From the NCBI RefSeq assembly GCF_044704955.1, contig NC_091997.1:5952001-6016000 (forward strand): a DNA stretch of 64,000 nt, given 5' to 3'. The position numbers and the translations under genes were made by a program. Under the pieces are notes generated by a model that saw only the letters and a list, made by a program, of their open reading frames with translations, searched no databases and was not told the DNA's origin. Shown here one piece after another: positions 51,065-63,918 of this stretch; within the stretch, counting starts at the first letter, position 1; every line of letters begins with the position of its first letter. The DNA comes from Pristiophorus japonicus. Taxonomy: Eukaryota.

Positions 51065-51397
51065 TTTTTAATTTATTTATTCGTTGCCAATCTTTCCAAT
51101 TCTTTGTCAAATCACAAACGCCAGAGCTCACCCTGCACCTGTCAAGGATCACTCTGCGCCAATGCTCTTAGCCAAAAGGCCTAGAGCCACTGCACCGTTC
51201 CTGGAAGTACTGCAATACCAGGTTCGTGCCATGGAGGTGGGTGTGTGCCCCCCCACCCAAACCACCCCACCCACCTCCTATTTCCAAAAAGCATAGGAGA
51301 ACCACCTTCCTGATCCAGGGAGAATCACTTTCTGGTCATGGTTACTCCCCTGTCAGGTCAGTTACGCATGATCTTAGCCAAAAGGCCGAGAAGCGAT
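51065..51397 (-). mobile_element. U2/U1 snRNA-derived mosaic retroposon (SINEU-like)
   Basis: Starts with a perfect U2 nt 1-29; then U1 5'-like, U2 Sm-site-like and U2 3' segments, a second U2 5' copy and an A-rich tail. Confidence 0.8.
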
Positions 51398-52074
51398 GAT
51401 ATGTCTTGGATGGGTTGATCGTCGAAAAACTGTTTCCTGATGGAAATGTTAGTTTGGTAATTGCAATGTCTTTTTGTGTTTAGTTTTTTTGGATACAGGC
51501 TGGATTGGGCCTCTTTGTGATGCATATGTTGAAAATGGTTTGTCCAGACCCATGTTGATGGGGAGCTATCTCTGGGTGATACTGTGATGGTAATGTCTCT
51601 TGTGGAGGAAGAGTTCCAAATATTCATTCTTCCAGACAGGTTACCTCAGTCCTCACACCCAGACAGTTCCAATAATCAAGTGGGCTTCCTTTGTTCCCTA
51701 AGTCCGCCCACAGGCTTGAATTTGTTTTGTAAAAGTTCATAACTCTATTAAAGTTCGTAGTTTCTTCCATAAGCACTTTAGAGTTGCAAACTTTTCGGTA
51801 GATAGTCCCAAATTAAATTTCCTTTCGAATGAGCCCAAACACAGGCCGGGGGGGGGGGTCTAGTGAATTTAGCTCGCTGCGGCACAGTATTTTGAAAGGG
51901 CTGTGCACCCTCAAAAAACATTCAAGGGAACATTACTTACAACTTTGAATTTGTGCCTTCCATGACCTTGAGCTCATCCAGATTCCAAGTGAGCCCATAT
52001 TGCAACTCATACCAAGTTCTGTTTACCCATCACCCCAGTGCTTGCTGACCGATCACAGTTTACTAGGTTAACCG

Positions 52075-52260
52075 CGCAGAAATAAAGAGAGAAAATGCTG
52101 GAAACATTCCGGAGGTCAGGCAGCATCTGTGGAGAGAGAAACAGACTGTATGACCTTTTGTCAGAACTAGAAATAGTTAGAGATGTAACAGGTTTTAAGC
52201 AAGTAGAGGCAGAGAAAAAGGGAGGGGAGAGAAGCACAAAAGGGAGGGTCTGATAGGGTA
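52075..52260 (-). mobile_element. Penelope-like element terminal fragment
   Basis: CTGACAAAAGGTCA...TCTCTCTCCACAGATGCTGCCTGACCT resembles Penelope pLTR ends (from memory); hammerhead core decayed. Confidence 0.45.
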
Positions 52261-53559
52261 GAAAGCAAGACGATTCATCGCAGAGTAATCGTAGCAATAC
52301 ACAGACCCCCACCAACTTCCTTGACTTTCTCTTCAGCTCTCCGGCTGAAGAATTTGGCCGCCTTCCTTTTCCCAGAACTTTTATAGTAACCAGCATGCAT
52401 AACATAAATATGTGCTGGTCACTCAGGTTTCTCGGCATAGTTTAGTCAGGTCTGTTTACCATTCACAGCTTATTCAGATTTATATGCTGACAGAACTGGT
52501 TCTTCTATAAAAGGTCATGGGTCATACTAACTTTTCCCAAAGTGACCTGGGTGATATTTATCCAAGTTGATTCAGAACTGGTGCATACCACCTGCATAGC
52601 CACGATCATGACTGACTAATGTGCCCTCTCAGCTTCCTGGTTTTTGCAATGGTTGTTAAGTTTATAGTTACATTGCTGCTATCACTGTACATTAGTGCAT
52701 AGACAGATTGAATAAACTCCAGAATAAATCAAGTCAAGCCACTAATTTAGAGAATTTAAAATACTCAAGACTCAATCACTACTGCATGTTAATATACAAT
52801 GTTCTTTCAAAGTTTTTTTTGATAGCTAAATGAAATCTAACTACAACTTTTTAAATTAAATTAAAAAAGGTGAAAGTTAGAGCACTAATGGTACATTGTA
52901 GAAATTAGTCTTCATTCACGTGGTCTTGTAGGAGCTTGGCGCCACCTCTTAAGCCAACAGTTACTTTTGGCTTGCTCCACACATCCATCAGTCGACACCT
53001 CATCTCCAGTACAATTCCTAATGTTAGTGCATAAAATTTTCAAACAAAGCCGAGATATTATTTATCACTCATATGACAGCTGACAAAACGATGGAAAATG
53101 CTGGGCAGGTATTGAACCGTGGTGAGTGTACAAGCTGCAATAGCTGCTGAGTGATTTACAGAACACAATCAGATAGGGCAAAGTCCTGCAAGTTTTCAAA
53201 AGGTGCAATGGTAATCCGAAAAGTGGACAGAAAGCAAGACATCTCATCAGCTGTCACCTGCAGCACTTAGCACCTTGAGTCAAACAAGAAAACTGACCAC
53301 ACTGTCACTAATCAAGTGTTGAGGAAATGGCATGGTATTTCTAGATTATTGACTGATTTTGGAGGTTTTTTTTTTTTAAAACAAGGCAGGTTAAGATTGT
53401 ATCATCTTTTTTAGCAGGAGGTGGAGACTGGTGATAGATAGTCAGGTGGTTTGCTTCGGCATTAAATAAAGTATTTGCCCCAATACCAACAGTAAAAGCA
53501 CACAGAAGAAAATGCTGGTAATGAGTATGAACAGTTTATGCTGTAGAGCTACAAGTATT

Positions 53560-53935
53560 ACCTTGGCTCTCACTCGTGTCAAGTGGTCATGGGTTCAAGC
53601 CTCACTGCAGGACTTCAATACAATTTAGGTTCACATTTGATGCCAATGGAGTACTGCATTGTCAAGTGTTGCCTTTCTGATGAGATGTTAAACTGAGGAG
53701 CTGTTTGCCTCTTCAGATGAAATTAAAAGATTCAATAGCACTAATCAGTTCTCCTGGTGTCATAGCTAACATTCATCCTTGAATTAACTGCCAATAAATG
53801 AACTGGTCATATATTGCCATCAGCGAGAGTGTACGGTCCACAAAGTGACTGCCATGTTTGCCTACACAACTGACTACACTTCAACAGTTATTAATTGGTT
53901 GTGAAGAGCTTTGGGATAGCCAGAGGATATGAAAT
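53560..53935 (+). mobile_element. DeuSINE, old
   Basis: GGGTTCAAG box, Deu block, TGACTACACTTCAA. Confidence 0.65.
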
Positions 53936-55649
53936 CATTATTGGTTGGCTACCGTCAGAGCTCCTGTGACTGCCCTCCACACCATTTTAAGGCAAGTACA
54001 TGAACTCTGGTGTTGTGTTTCAGACTGTCCATGGTTGCTCTTTCATTGACTTGTGTACTGCAACTGTATCATGGCTTACAGGTTGGGGACATCGTTGGCT
54101 AATTTAAGGATTAGCTGATCAGATATTTGATGACATTTCTTCCACCAAGGGACCCACTATTCTCCTCCAGGCGCTACCCTTGCTGCAGATGGCCAGGTTA
54201 CTTATCCGCCATCCAACACTTGGCATTGACCAGTCACAGACAATAGTATCCATCTACATTACAGTAGGTTTTAACACGACACCAGAAGACAAGGTGCTAA
54301 CCAATGTAACTCCTTTCTTACAAATAGCTCAATTACTTAGCTATTACCTACACACTGAGGCATTGAAATGTTGCACAATGAATGAAACACTCCTCTTGCC
54401 AAAACTGTAGCTCAAAAGAAGTTAAATGGGTCAATGACAAAAACACTCAGCAAAATTTGATAAACTGTGTACATGCAATGAATCCCAACAAAATAGGAAT
54501 ACATTCCAGAGTGGGGTGAATCTCTTACAAATAAGAAATGAAAAATGAAACTTCACACCCAAGAAAATTTTTAGTTGCATTTAATTCATTCTCCTCCTCT
54601 CTTTCTGCTGCCAGATTTAAAAGGTAGTCATTCTACAATCTAAGAGGCACAGAGCAGAAAAATACAAGCTACAATATGGGAATACTTGTAATTCTGAGCA
54701 AGATTTCTCAGCTGGCTTCTCAGCCCAGCATGAGAAAAGTAGATACATTTTTCTTTAAACTACCATTTTGACACCCCCCAAAAAACTGCAATCATAGAAG
54801 AGATTCCCGATATCAAAGTGTCAGCCTTCTGCACTATAAATGCTTTTCCATACAATATAAAATTACAAAATCTGTCAATGCATTTATTGCTAATAGCACA
54901 TTTAGCAAACTATATATTATGCAATATTTTGTAACAGTGATTACTTTTACCAGTGATACATCATGACCTGTTTTAAAAGATCAGTGCTTGTACATCTAGA
55001 CTGCACAGAAAATTGCAAATGCCAGAATCCCCATCAGCATTTTGAAATGACACTCAATTTTACCAAACTCCAATAGAGTAATGTTTATCCAGAAATCGAA
55101 CTTGCTGACGTACTGAGGGCTATGCGGCCCTCGGAATAATCTGCCAGGTGAGGCAACTGACCAAATTGTTTTGAAAATGCAGCTGAATGCTTCAATGAGA
55201 ATGTTAGGAGAGTTGGGCAAACTGGCCTTCTGGCAATGTACTATTTTAATCCATTGGATTCTGAACCACCATATTTACATTTTAAACCTGATAATCTGGT
55301 TTCATTGCAACAAATCCAGTTTTCTAATTTCAGTAGCTCATCCATTACCCCTTTAATCAAACTTAGTTACTCCCACACATACATTAAAACATTTTTTTTT
55401 AAATCGGGATTAGAAAACAATCAAGTTTTGGAGCAAAAGGATTAAAGGAATTTGAACCATGACTGTAGATATGAGTAAATCCACCCCCACACATGCTAGC
55501 TGCAACAGGACCTCCTTTCTCTCCACCAAACGAGGCAGGGCAATGGAACTGTTGAAGGCAGCTCAAATTATAAAACAAGTTGAACAAAATATGCAACTCA
55601 ACAGAATATGGGCACATGAAATTTAATGGTGTCAGGGGTAAGTGCACAA

Positions 55650-56225
55650 AAAGAAAATTGGTTGATACTTATTCGAAGAATGAAACAACAAAAGATGACC
55701 CAGGAATCTTAGTCAATACTGAACATATTCAAGCAATGTGTCAAACAAAGTGTTGAATTAGAGTACAAGTCAGAGGATGTCACAAACTCTGGTCAGATGA
55801 CACCGTTTAGTTCTGATCACCGACATGGAGCAAGTTAAACATTGGAGACAATCCAGAGAAACCCACGCAGCTGATCCCTGCTGTCAAAGTTAGAGTTATG
55901 AGGGAGGCTTGGAGAAGCCTGGGCTTTTCAGTCTTCAAAAGAAACCATGGAGGTGATCTTAGAGGTACAAGATAACCATACGGCACAGGTAAAATCAGGA
56001 AAATTATTTTAAATTGTCAGCCTAGAACCAGAGGCCACAGATTCAAACCAATAAAAGGCAGATTTAGAAATGATAGTGAAAATTCTTCTAACAATGCACT
56101 CGGAGTGGTGGGAGTGAAGTCCTGGAATAATTTAAACAGTCTGACACTGCAATAGGGTAACTACATTTTTTCTGGATGGATTAAAGATGGGTTGAATGGT
56201 CTTTCCCATCTGTAAATATCTTGTG
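55650..56225 (+). mobile_element. Very old CR1 3' fragment
   Basis: Decayed TATGAGG..AGGCTTGGAGAAGCCTGGGCTTTTCAGT and AGAACCAGAGGCCACAG blocks. Confidence 0.5.
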
Positions 56226-58515
56226 GTCAACCTCTCAACTAAATTGGAGAACTTTTCTAGTTATTTTTCTGCATTCAAAACTGGCCCTTGTAAATCAAGA
56301 CATGGAGTACAAGGACCATGACAGATTTCACTTTACATTAGGAATTAGTATCTGGTCATTTACTATAATGTAGTCAAAAAGCTATAATGAAATGTTCTGC
56401 ATTTCTCTCAATGAGCTTTTCCACTCTAAAATATTCCATTCCTAAAGACCAGTCACCCAGTTACACTGAATGGGAAAGGGTAAAATAAAGTTAGAGATGC
56501 TAGTGAAGTCATCAGAGGTCAACACTAACTTATGTAGTTAATAAAATTATTTAGCAATATTCCCCCTTTACTCCATAAAGAGCTCATTCCCTGTTGTACA
56601 CAGGTGGAGTGAGTGAGTGTGAGGTGAGCGAAGGTGTGGTGGGAGGAGAGGAAGAAACAGTCGATCTATATGGCTCAGATGGGAAGAATGAACATAAGCA
56701 TTGCCCTGAAGATCCTGCACTCTCATCCAGCTCGTGTCACACAATGCTAGGTTTCTAACTTGATCTCTGATCCAAACCCATTAGGTTGCTGATTTCAAGC
56801 CAGGTGCTGAAAGTGATAGCATGTCATGGTTATTCTGTCAAGTGTTTCTTCAAGCTTTTTGCACGAACAATTCAGAGTTCATAGATCAACGTCCTCTGTA
56901 CGTTTAATCCACCTAGGTTTTATTTCAGGAAACCACCGCACCTCACTTTGAACCGGGGTGGTTGTGTTTGTTGCAAGTTCACAATGTTACCAAAAGGAAG
57001 CTAGATACAACCATTTTTTGAAGTTGATTAGTTTATTAGAAGTAATTAGCACTCATCTGTGGGATACTAAACCACTCGTGCTTGGCTATCAAAATGTGCC
57101 TCAGTTCCAGAATGTTAAGGGCTGTTGCACAATAGTGTGTCCAAGTCCACATTTGATACCAGTAGGATACACTCGTATGGAAACTACAGATTGAGATACT
57201 GCAAGGTACCAGTTACAGGATGAGCCCTGTGAGCATTGTATTCCGCACAAGTCAACCTAGGACAACTTACTGAAGTTAGTGAAAATGAAGTTACTCACTG
57301 GGGAGAACGAAATGGAGTTTCATTAATCACTACCGATTTAAAAAGTCACTCTCAACCTTTTACATTCTAAATCCTCGTCACATTAGCTCATTTTATCTCA
57401 AGCTAGCTGGCAGCAACGTCTTAAGATGCAATTAACACTTCCAGTGTGCAATACTGTACTTGAAGCATACTTTATACCAAATTGTTATATTAGTTCTACC
57501 ATATGCATTTGCAAAGTTGTGAAATTAATACTTCAATACATAAGATACCGTTGGTTAATTGTCACTTGTATTACTACAAGTATTGCAACCGCAAGGGAGT
57601 CAGTAATTAAAAAGTTAGAGATACTCTTATTACAGAACAAATACAAACTGGAATTAATTGATACCTCCCTCTATTTTTATTTGTCAAATTACAGATTTTC
57701 GTATTACAGAATGGTATTGCTCACAGGCAAGCTCGCTCTTTTCACTGCCAACAGTCACAGTGTGACTGAACACGCTCCACAAATCTGAGCATCGTGTGAG
57801 ATCGTAATTACGGGCATTCGTGACATCACATCACCTCCAAGGACATCAAAATTTACAAGATATTGCAAAAATCTGAACAGAATAGTGCATTACACTAGAA
57901 ACCAAAAAGAAAACTCCATGCTTTCTGAACACAAAGAGGAAGAGCAAAATAGGTATATTGGAAGGTGCTGTATGGACATAATGGTTTACTGATTGAATAC
58001 ATGGTAAAGAAAACTTACATTACAAATACAGAGAGAAATCCTTTTCAAAATTCATAATTGCAATTTGGTCAAAACCACGAGCATTTAACCGCTGATGCCC
58101 ATGTTAAATTAATATTTGTTACATTTATTGGATGGGCTGTGTACTATGTAAGTAGTTCTTTAGGCAGATTTTCACAAAGACACCTAATCTATTTTTTTTT
58201 AATCTTCTCTCCAGAATATTATACAAGATTGTAGAGTCTGAAAATGAAGGAGTCGCCCAGATAAAGTTGGGTCAAAATAACTGGTACATGCATCCGCCAC
58301 CGGAATTTGAAGGGAAGAGCAAAGATTCATATTAAAAAAGTGATTTAAGACTTTTAAAATTTATTTCATATGGAAAACGTATTGGCGGATTTCCTCCAGT
58401 CTGATCGGAGTGGTGTGAAGAATCAATGCAGCGACCTGTGGCCGCTCTTGCGGTAAGTGCGAGTGGGAAAGGGGATTCCGTTCGGGGTTGTGAGAAGACA
58501 CCTGCCAGTTACAAT

Positions 58516-58631
58516 TTAATTACTGCAGCACTGGCTCCGACTCTGTGGACTGGTCTCCTGGAGGTCCACGCCCCTGGTTCGGCCCGAGGTTCCACCTGCG
58601 TTCTGAGGTTCATTCTTCGGCAGCTTTTTGG
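58516..58631 (-). CDS. RAB5C: RAB5C last coding exon
   Basis: Acceptor tttaaacAG; (A)[37 protein letters not shown] with the CCSN prenylation motif; VDLQE and SRSQCCSN fit RAB5C better than RAB5A or RAB5B. Confidence 0.92.
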
Positions 58632-59429
58632 CTGTTTAAAAAAGGGTTAGAAAAAGACGTAATAAGTTATCCCAGACCTTCCTCTACTTTCACACAAAAA
58701 AAAAAAATTCAGTCATGCACAAACTATTGAGAAATGAGAGATACAGCTTTCAGATGACAGCTTCCCAGTAAAAGACAGACATTTCAACTCTGGTATGGAA
58801 GTTAAGGCCAAGGTGATGGCCTGAAGGCTGCAAGATAGACCTATGACAGTGCACTTTGTTTCCACACAGATTGAGGAACATCTTTGGATTTCCACCCAAC
58901 CTGGAGATGCCCCCTCCCAACTCTGGTTGTTTTTCTAGCCCCAAGTACATTTACATGCAGGAAGCCAGCACACAGGCCTCTACCAGAAAGTCACACCAGT
59001 CTAGACTTGTGGCAGCAGGCCACAAAAGGGAGTTAAAACCCCCCTCCAAGAAAATGTGATGGTGTCTGTTCACTGCTATGTTCAGAATACTTTTCTTTGC
59101 CAAGGCTAGCCCCACTAACCTTTAATCACTGGGGCCCCAACAGGCAGCTTCGGTGTCCAGTGTTTGAAGAGTACAAATGGCAGGAAATATAGACGCATGG
59201 TTTACATACATCTACCCATCGAGGGGGTGGGGCAGGGTGGAAGATACAAAGCCTCAGCGATGAAGTTCAGACAAAGATGGCACAAGTGTTGAAAGCTTGG
59301 AGTAAAAGGCCTGCTCAGAGATTACTGCTAAACCTCAACATGAGTGTGTGTGCTCTCTCATGGAATATATAAAGAATACAGCCAAGTTTTAGGTGCCTGA
59401 GGATCTTCTACCTGATATTACATGCCTTT

Positions 59430-60530
59430 AGAGTTACATTGAATATATGACACAGAAACAGGCCATTCGGCCAAACCAGTCCATGCCTGCATTTATGCTC
59501 CACTTCAGCCTCCTCCAGTCTTTCCTCAACTAAATCCATCAGCATAACCCTCTAGTCCCATCTCCTCATACGCTTGTCTAGCCTCCCCTTAAATGCATCT
59601 AGACTATTCGCTTCAACCACTCCCTGTGGTAGCAAGATCCACATTCTCACCACACTCTGGGTAAAGAAGTTTCTTCTGAATTCTCTTGGATTTCTTGGTG
59701 ACTATCATATATTGATGGCCTCTAGTTATGCTCTTGCCATAAGCGGAAACATTCTCTGTATCCACTCTATTTAAAATTATATAAAAGGTTTTAATACCTC
59801 TATTTGGTCACCCCTCAGCCTTCAGTTTTTTTAAGGAGACCCAGCCTGTTCACCCTTTGAATGGTTACCCTTGCATTTCTGGTATCATCCTTGTAAATCA
59901 TCTCTGCAACCTCTCCAGTGCCTCTATAATCCTTTTTATAATATGGCGACCAGAACTGTACACTGTACTCAATGTGTGGTGCAACCAAGGTTCGATAGAG
60001 GTTTAGCATAACTTCCCTACTTTTCAATTCTATACCTCTAGAAATAAACCCTAGTGCTTGGTTTGCTTTTTCATGGCCTTGCTAACCTGTGTTGCAATTT
60101 TAAGTGATGTGTATTTGTACTCATAATTTTGTTCCTCTACCCAACCTAGACTCGCACCCTCCAAGTACTAAGTGACATCTATTGCATTCCCATTGTCTAC
60201 TGTTACATCTTCAAAAAAATTCAACGAGGTTGGTCAAGCAAGAATTTCCCTTTTGAAATCTGTGCTGACTATTCGTTATTAGATTTTTTGATTTTTAGAT
60301 GGTCCTCTATTTTCTCCTTTAGTAGGGATTCCATTATTTTTCCTACCACCAATGTTAAGCTGACTGGTCTATAATTCCTTTGACATGTTTTATCCCACTT
60401 CTTAAATATAGGTATTACACTAACTATCCACCAGTCCTCTGGCACTACACCTTTTTCTAATGAATTATTAAATAGGTGTAGTAATGCCTCTGCTAACTCT
60501 TCCCTATGTTCTTTTAAAATGTGAGTACAT
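59430..60530 (-). mobile_element. Decayed CR1 fragments in the RAB5C intron
   Basis: [16 protein letters not shown] and LYRTLVAPHIEYSVQFWSP motifs. Confidence 0.85.
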
Positions 60531-61442
60531 TTTTCTAGATACAAGAATGCATCTATTACATAAGACCGAGCTTCAGTTGGCCTTTTGCTCAAAAACAGAG
60601 CTATCCGTGGAAGGTTTTGAAGGGAACTATTTTGATAGAATACTCATTTTATGATAATCCGCCCAGTTTTGAGGAAGAGCTGGAGGTCTTGATATACAGC
60701 TTTAAACTACCCAGGAACCAAAGCTTCATAAGTGGAACAAATTCTGCTTAGCTTAGAGATTTTGAAGGATATTTAGGTTCTGAAGCCCTAGTGGGAATAT
60801 TTGAAGAATCAGAGCTTGCACTCATTAACATTGTTCATGGAAATAGGTGGGAATTCCATCCAGTTTCACGATTTTGGATTAGATTAAAACACGTGGCATT
60901 TACATTGAACATCAGGTTGCAACAAAAAAAAAGTCTTAAATTTCTAGGTTAGTCCAACTCCGAGGCACTACATAAACATTTTTTAAATAGCTGTCAGCAC
61001 TGCAAATTGTATTTTTGTTTTGATCATTGGTTTTTGTCATAGAATAGTACAGCACAGGAGGCCATTTGGCCCATCGAGTCTGTGCTGGCTTTTTCCAAAG
61101 AGCAATTCATTCATTGCTTTCTACCCAAAACTGGATAGCGGTTCTGCAATCAAACAGCATTCTAGTCAGAGGAAGAAGCGGAAAAAAGTTAGCAGCACTT
61201 TGGATGGGAGCGGAAGCAAAGAGCCAGCGTTAATCGAAGATGGAGGTGGTTTTGGGGGGGGGGGGGGGGGGGGCGAGGAAGGACCAGTTTGAATTGAAGA
61301 GTCTCAACTTGAGCTGGATTGGAGGGCAGTAGAGTGCCAAGTTCAATTCAAATCAATTGTTTGTTAAAAAATCTAATTACATTTGTGTTTACAATTAAAA
61401 AAGTATCAATGCTGAAGCCTAAATGTTGAAAATTAACACCTA

Positions 61443-62415
61443 GGCCCCAAGTTTCCACATGATTTGCACCTGATTTTTTAGGAGCAACTAGTGGAGAATG
61501 AACTATCTTAGAAATCGCAATTCTCCACATTTTTTTTTCTGCAGTTCTAGTCAGTTAGAACAGTTTCACTTTGGAACAGAATTTTTTCTTCAAAAGGGGG
61601 CGTGTCCGGCCACTGACGCCTGATTTCAAAGATTCCACAGTGAAAATGTACTCCAAACTAACTTAGAATGGAGCAAGTGAAGATTTTTGTAGAACTGAAA
61701 AAACCTGTTCTACACATTAAAAAAAATTAGGCGCAGGTTACAAATTAGGCGTCCAGAACGAGGTGGGGGGGGGGCGGGGGGGGGGGAAAAAGAGAAGTCA
61801 TTAAATTCTATAATAAATCCTTATTTATACTTCTACAAATAAATCCAACCTGAATAAAAATTTATAAGGAAAGAAAAGATTAAATAAACCATCTTCCTAC
61901 CTGTGTGAAAGTGCTTCAGCCAGGGAGAATGCTGCAGGAAGCCTCACAAGTTGAGGCAGCCGTTCCCGCGGGGGGGGGGGGGGGGGGGGGGGGGGAGGAA
62001 GCCGGGAAACGACTGCCTCAACTTTGAGCCTTCCTGCAGCCTTCTCACTGCTGCAGGAAGCCTCAGTGCTGATGGCAATGTGCTTTTATTAAAAAAATGT
62101 TCAAAAATTAAACAGCTACAAAGAACTACAAAAATGGCCGAGTGCCAATGTTTCCTTCACACTGCGCGTGCGCAAACGCTCCGACGCGCAGGGTTGCCGG
62201 CAGGAAAAAAACTAACTTAAATGATACCCGCCCCCTCCCACTTACAAAATCGGCGCGAGTGGTAGGCTCCGCCCCCCTGGGCGCCGCGCCAAGCAGACAT
62301 GGAGCTGCAGGGCGCTCCAGAATCGCGCTTTTTTTTCCGGTGCTGTTTTCGGCGCGAAAAACGGGCGCCCAGCTCGGAGGGGCGCCCGTTTTGTAGCGTG
62401 TGGAAACTTGGGGCC
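61443..62415. mobile_element. PIF/Harbinger-like MITE, 973 bp
   Basis: Perfect 17-bp TIR GGCCCCAAGTTTCCACA; 3-bp TSD CTA. Confidence 0.8.
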
Positions 62416-62760
62416 CTAGAATGTAAAAATTCTAACTTTTCACAAGAACCGCCTAGAAATGTATAAGTTTGCAGGAATGCACTCAATTCATACCCAAACG
62501 ACAAGCAGTTTTCAATAAAACTCAGCACATTTCTTTATCCTTGAATTTTTGATGGAAAAAAGTAAGTCTTTTGTAATTCCAAAATACTGCAAAATTTACC
62601 AACTATAAAATCAAAAATCAACATTTCCAGGTTGGGGGTGAAATAATATAAACTCTATTCAAATTTGTATTTCCCTTCAGGCTTTCATATATGTAAGATT
62701 TTCTCTTTTCTTCAATACAAGCAAAGGATGTGAGGTGTAGTACCAACAGATGTTGAGACA

Positions 62761-63420
62761 GGCATGCAGGTTCAGCAGGTGGTGAAGGAGGCAAATGGTA
62801 TGTTGGCCTTCATAGCTAGGGGATTTGAGTATAGGAGCAGGGAGGTCTTACTGCAGTTGTACAGGGCCTTGGTGAGGCCTCATCTGGAATATTGTGTTCA
62901 GTTTTGGTCTCCTAATCTAAGGAAGGACGTTCTTGCTATTGAGGGAGTGCAGCGAAGGTTCACCAGACTGATTCTGGGGACGGCAGGATTGACACATGAG
63001 GAGAGACTGGATCGACTGGGCATGTATTCACTGCAGTTTAGAAGGATGAGAGGGGATCTCATAGAAGCATAAAAGATTCTGACGGGACTGGACAGGTTAG
63101 ATGCAGGAATAATGTTCCTGATGTTGGGGAAGTCCAGAACCAGGAGACAGTCTAAGGATAAGGGGTTTAGGATTGAGATGAGGAGAAACTTCTTCACTCA
63201 GTTGTTAACCTGTGGAATTCCCTACCGCAGAGTGATGTTGAGGCCAGTTCATTGGATATATTCAAGAGAGAGTTAGATATGGCCCTTACGGCTAAAGGGA
63301 TCAAGGGGTATGGAGAGAAAGCAGGAAAGGGGTACGGAGGTGAATGATCAGCCATGATCTTATTGAATGGTGGTGCAGACTCGAAGGGCCTACTCCCGCA
63401 CCTATTTTCTATGTTTCTAT
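62761..63420 (+). mobile_element. CR1 3' fragment
   Basis: ORF 62764-63072 encodes the CR1 C-terminus; TTTCTATG tail. Confidence 0.92.
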
Positions 63421-63918
63421 TTGTGTTCACAGGTTATCGGATTATAATTGGAGCAGTTTTGAAGTAGCTTTTACTAGTCTAGCATAAATGCACAATGCTA
63501 CCACAAAAGATTTTACTTGAAATTAGCTTATCTAAAGAAGTGATTCAGTATTTCTCCTGAGGGACAGCAACAGCAAGATCCTGTTAATAAGAGGATGATG
63601 CAACGTCAGATAGTGGAAAATCTCTGCAGAGATACTGGCTAGTGATTTACCTTTAATGATTGCTATCTCAATGTATGTGGAGGATAAATGGATGAACATT
63701 AAGTGCATTACAAAAGTTACACTAAGCACCTTAAATAAATCAATGCCCAACTCTCTGCCATGAATCACCAGGGCTACAAAAGGGCTAAACTAACCCATGT
63801 CGCAGAAAAAGCAGTTCCAGAGAAGACAACATAAATGCAATTGTCAAAAGGCAAAACCAATAATGACAGTTGATCAGAAAACACGAGAATCTGGCTGTGT
63901 ACATCAATAATAACATAC

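Larger units (their letters stand above)
49629..51935. mobile_element. hAT-like MITE expanded by nested insertions
   Basis: TIR CAATGTTCCCT / AGGGAACATTA; 8-bp TSD CTTACACC / CTTACAAC. Confidence 0.7.

Noticed and set aside
51065-51397. Functional U2 or U1 snRNA gene
   Set aside because: Segments are partial and shuffled; the U2 branch-point arm is missing and an A-rich tail is present
63785-63918. ORF-track C-terminus GMLLLMY... of the Rab ORF
   Set aside because: Read-through into the intron past the GT donor at 63918
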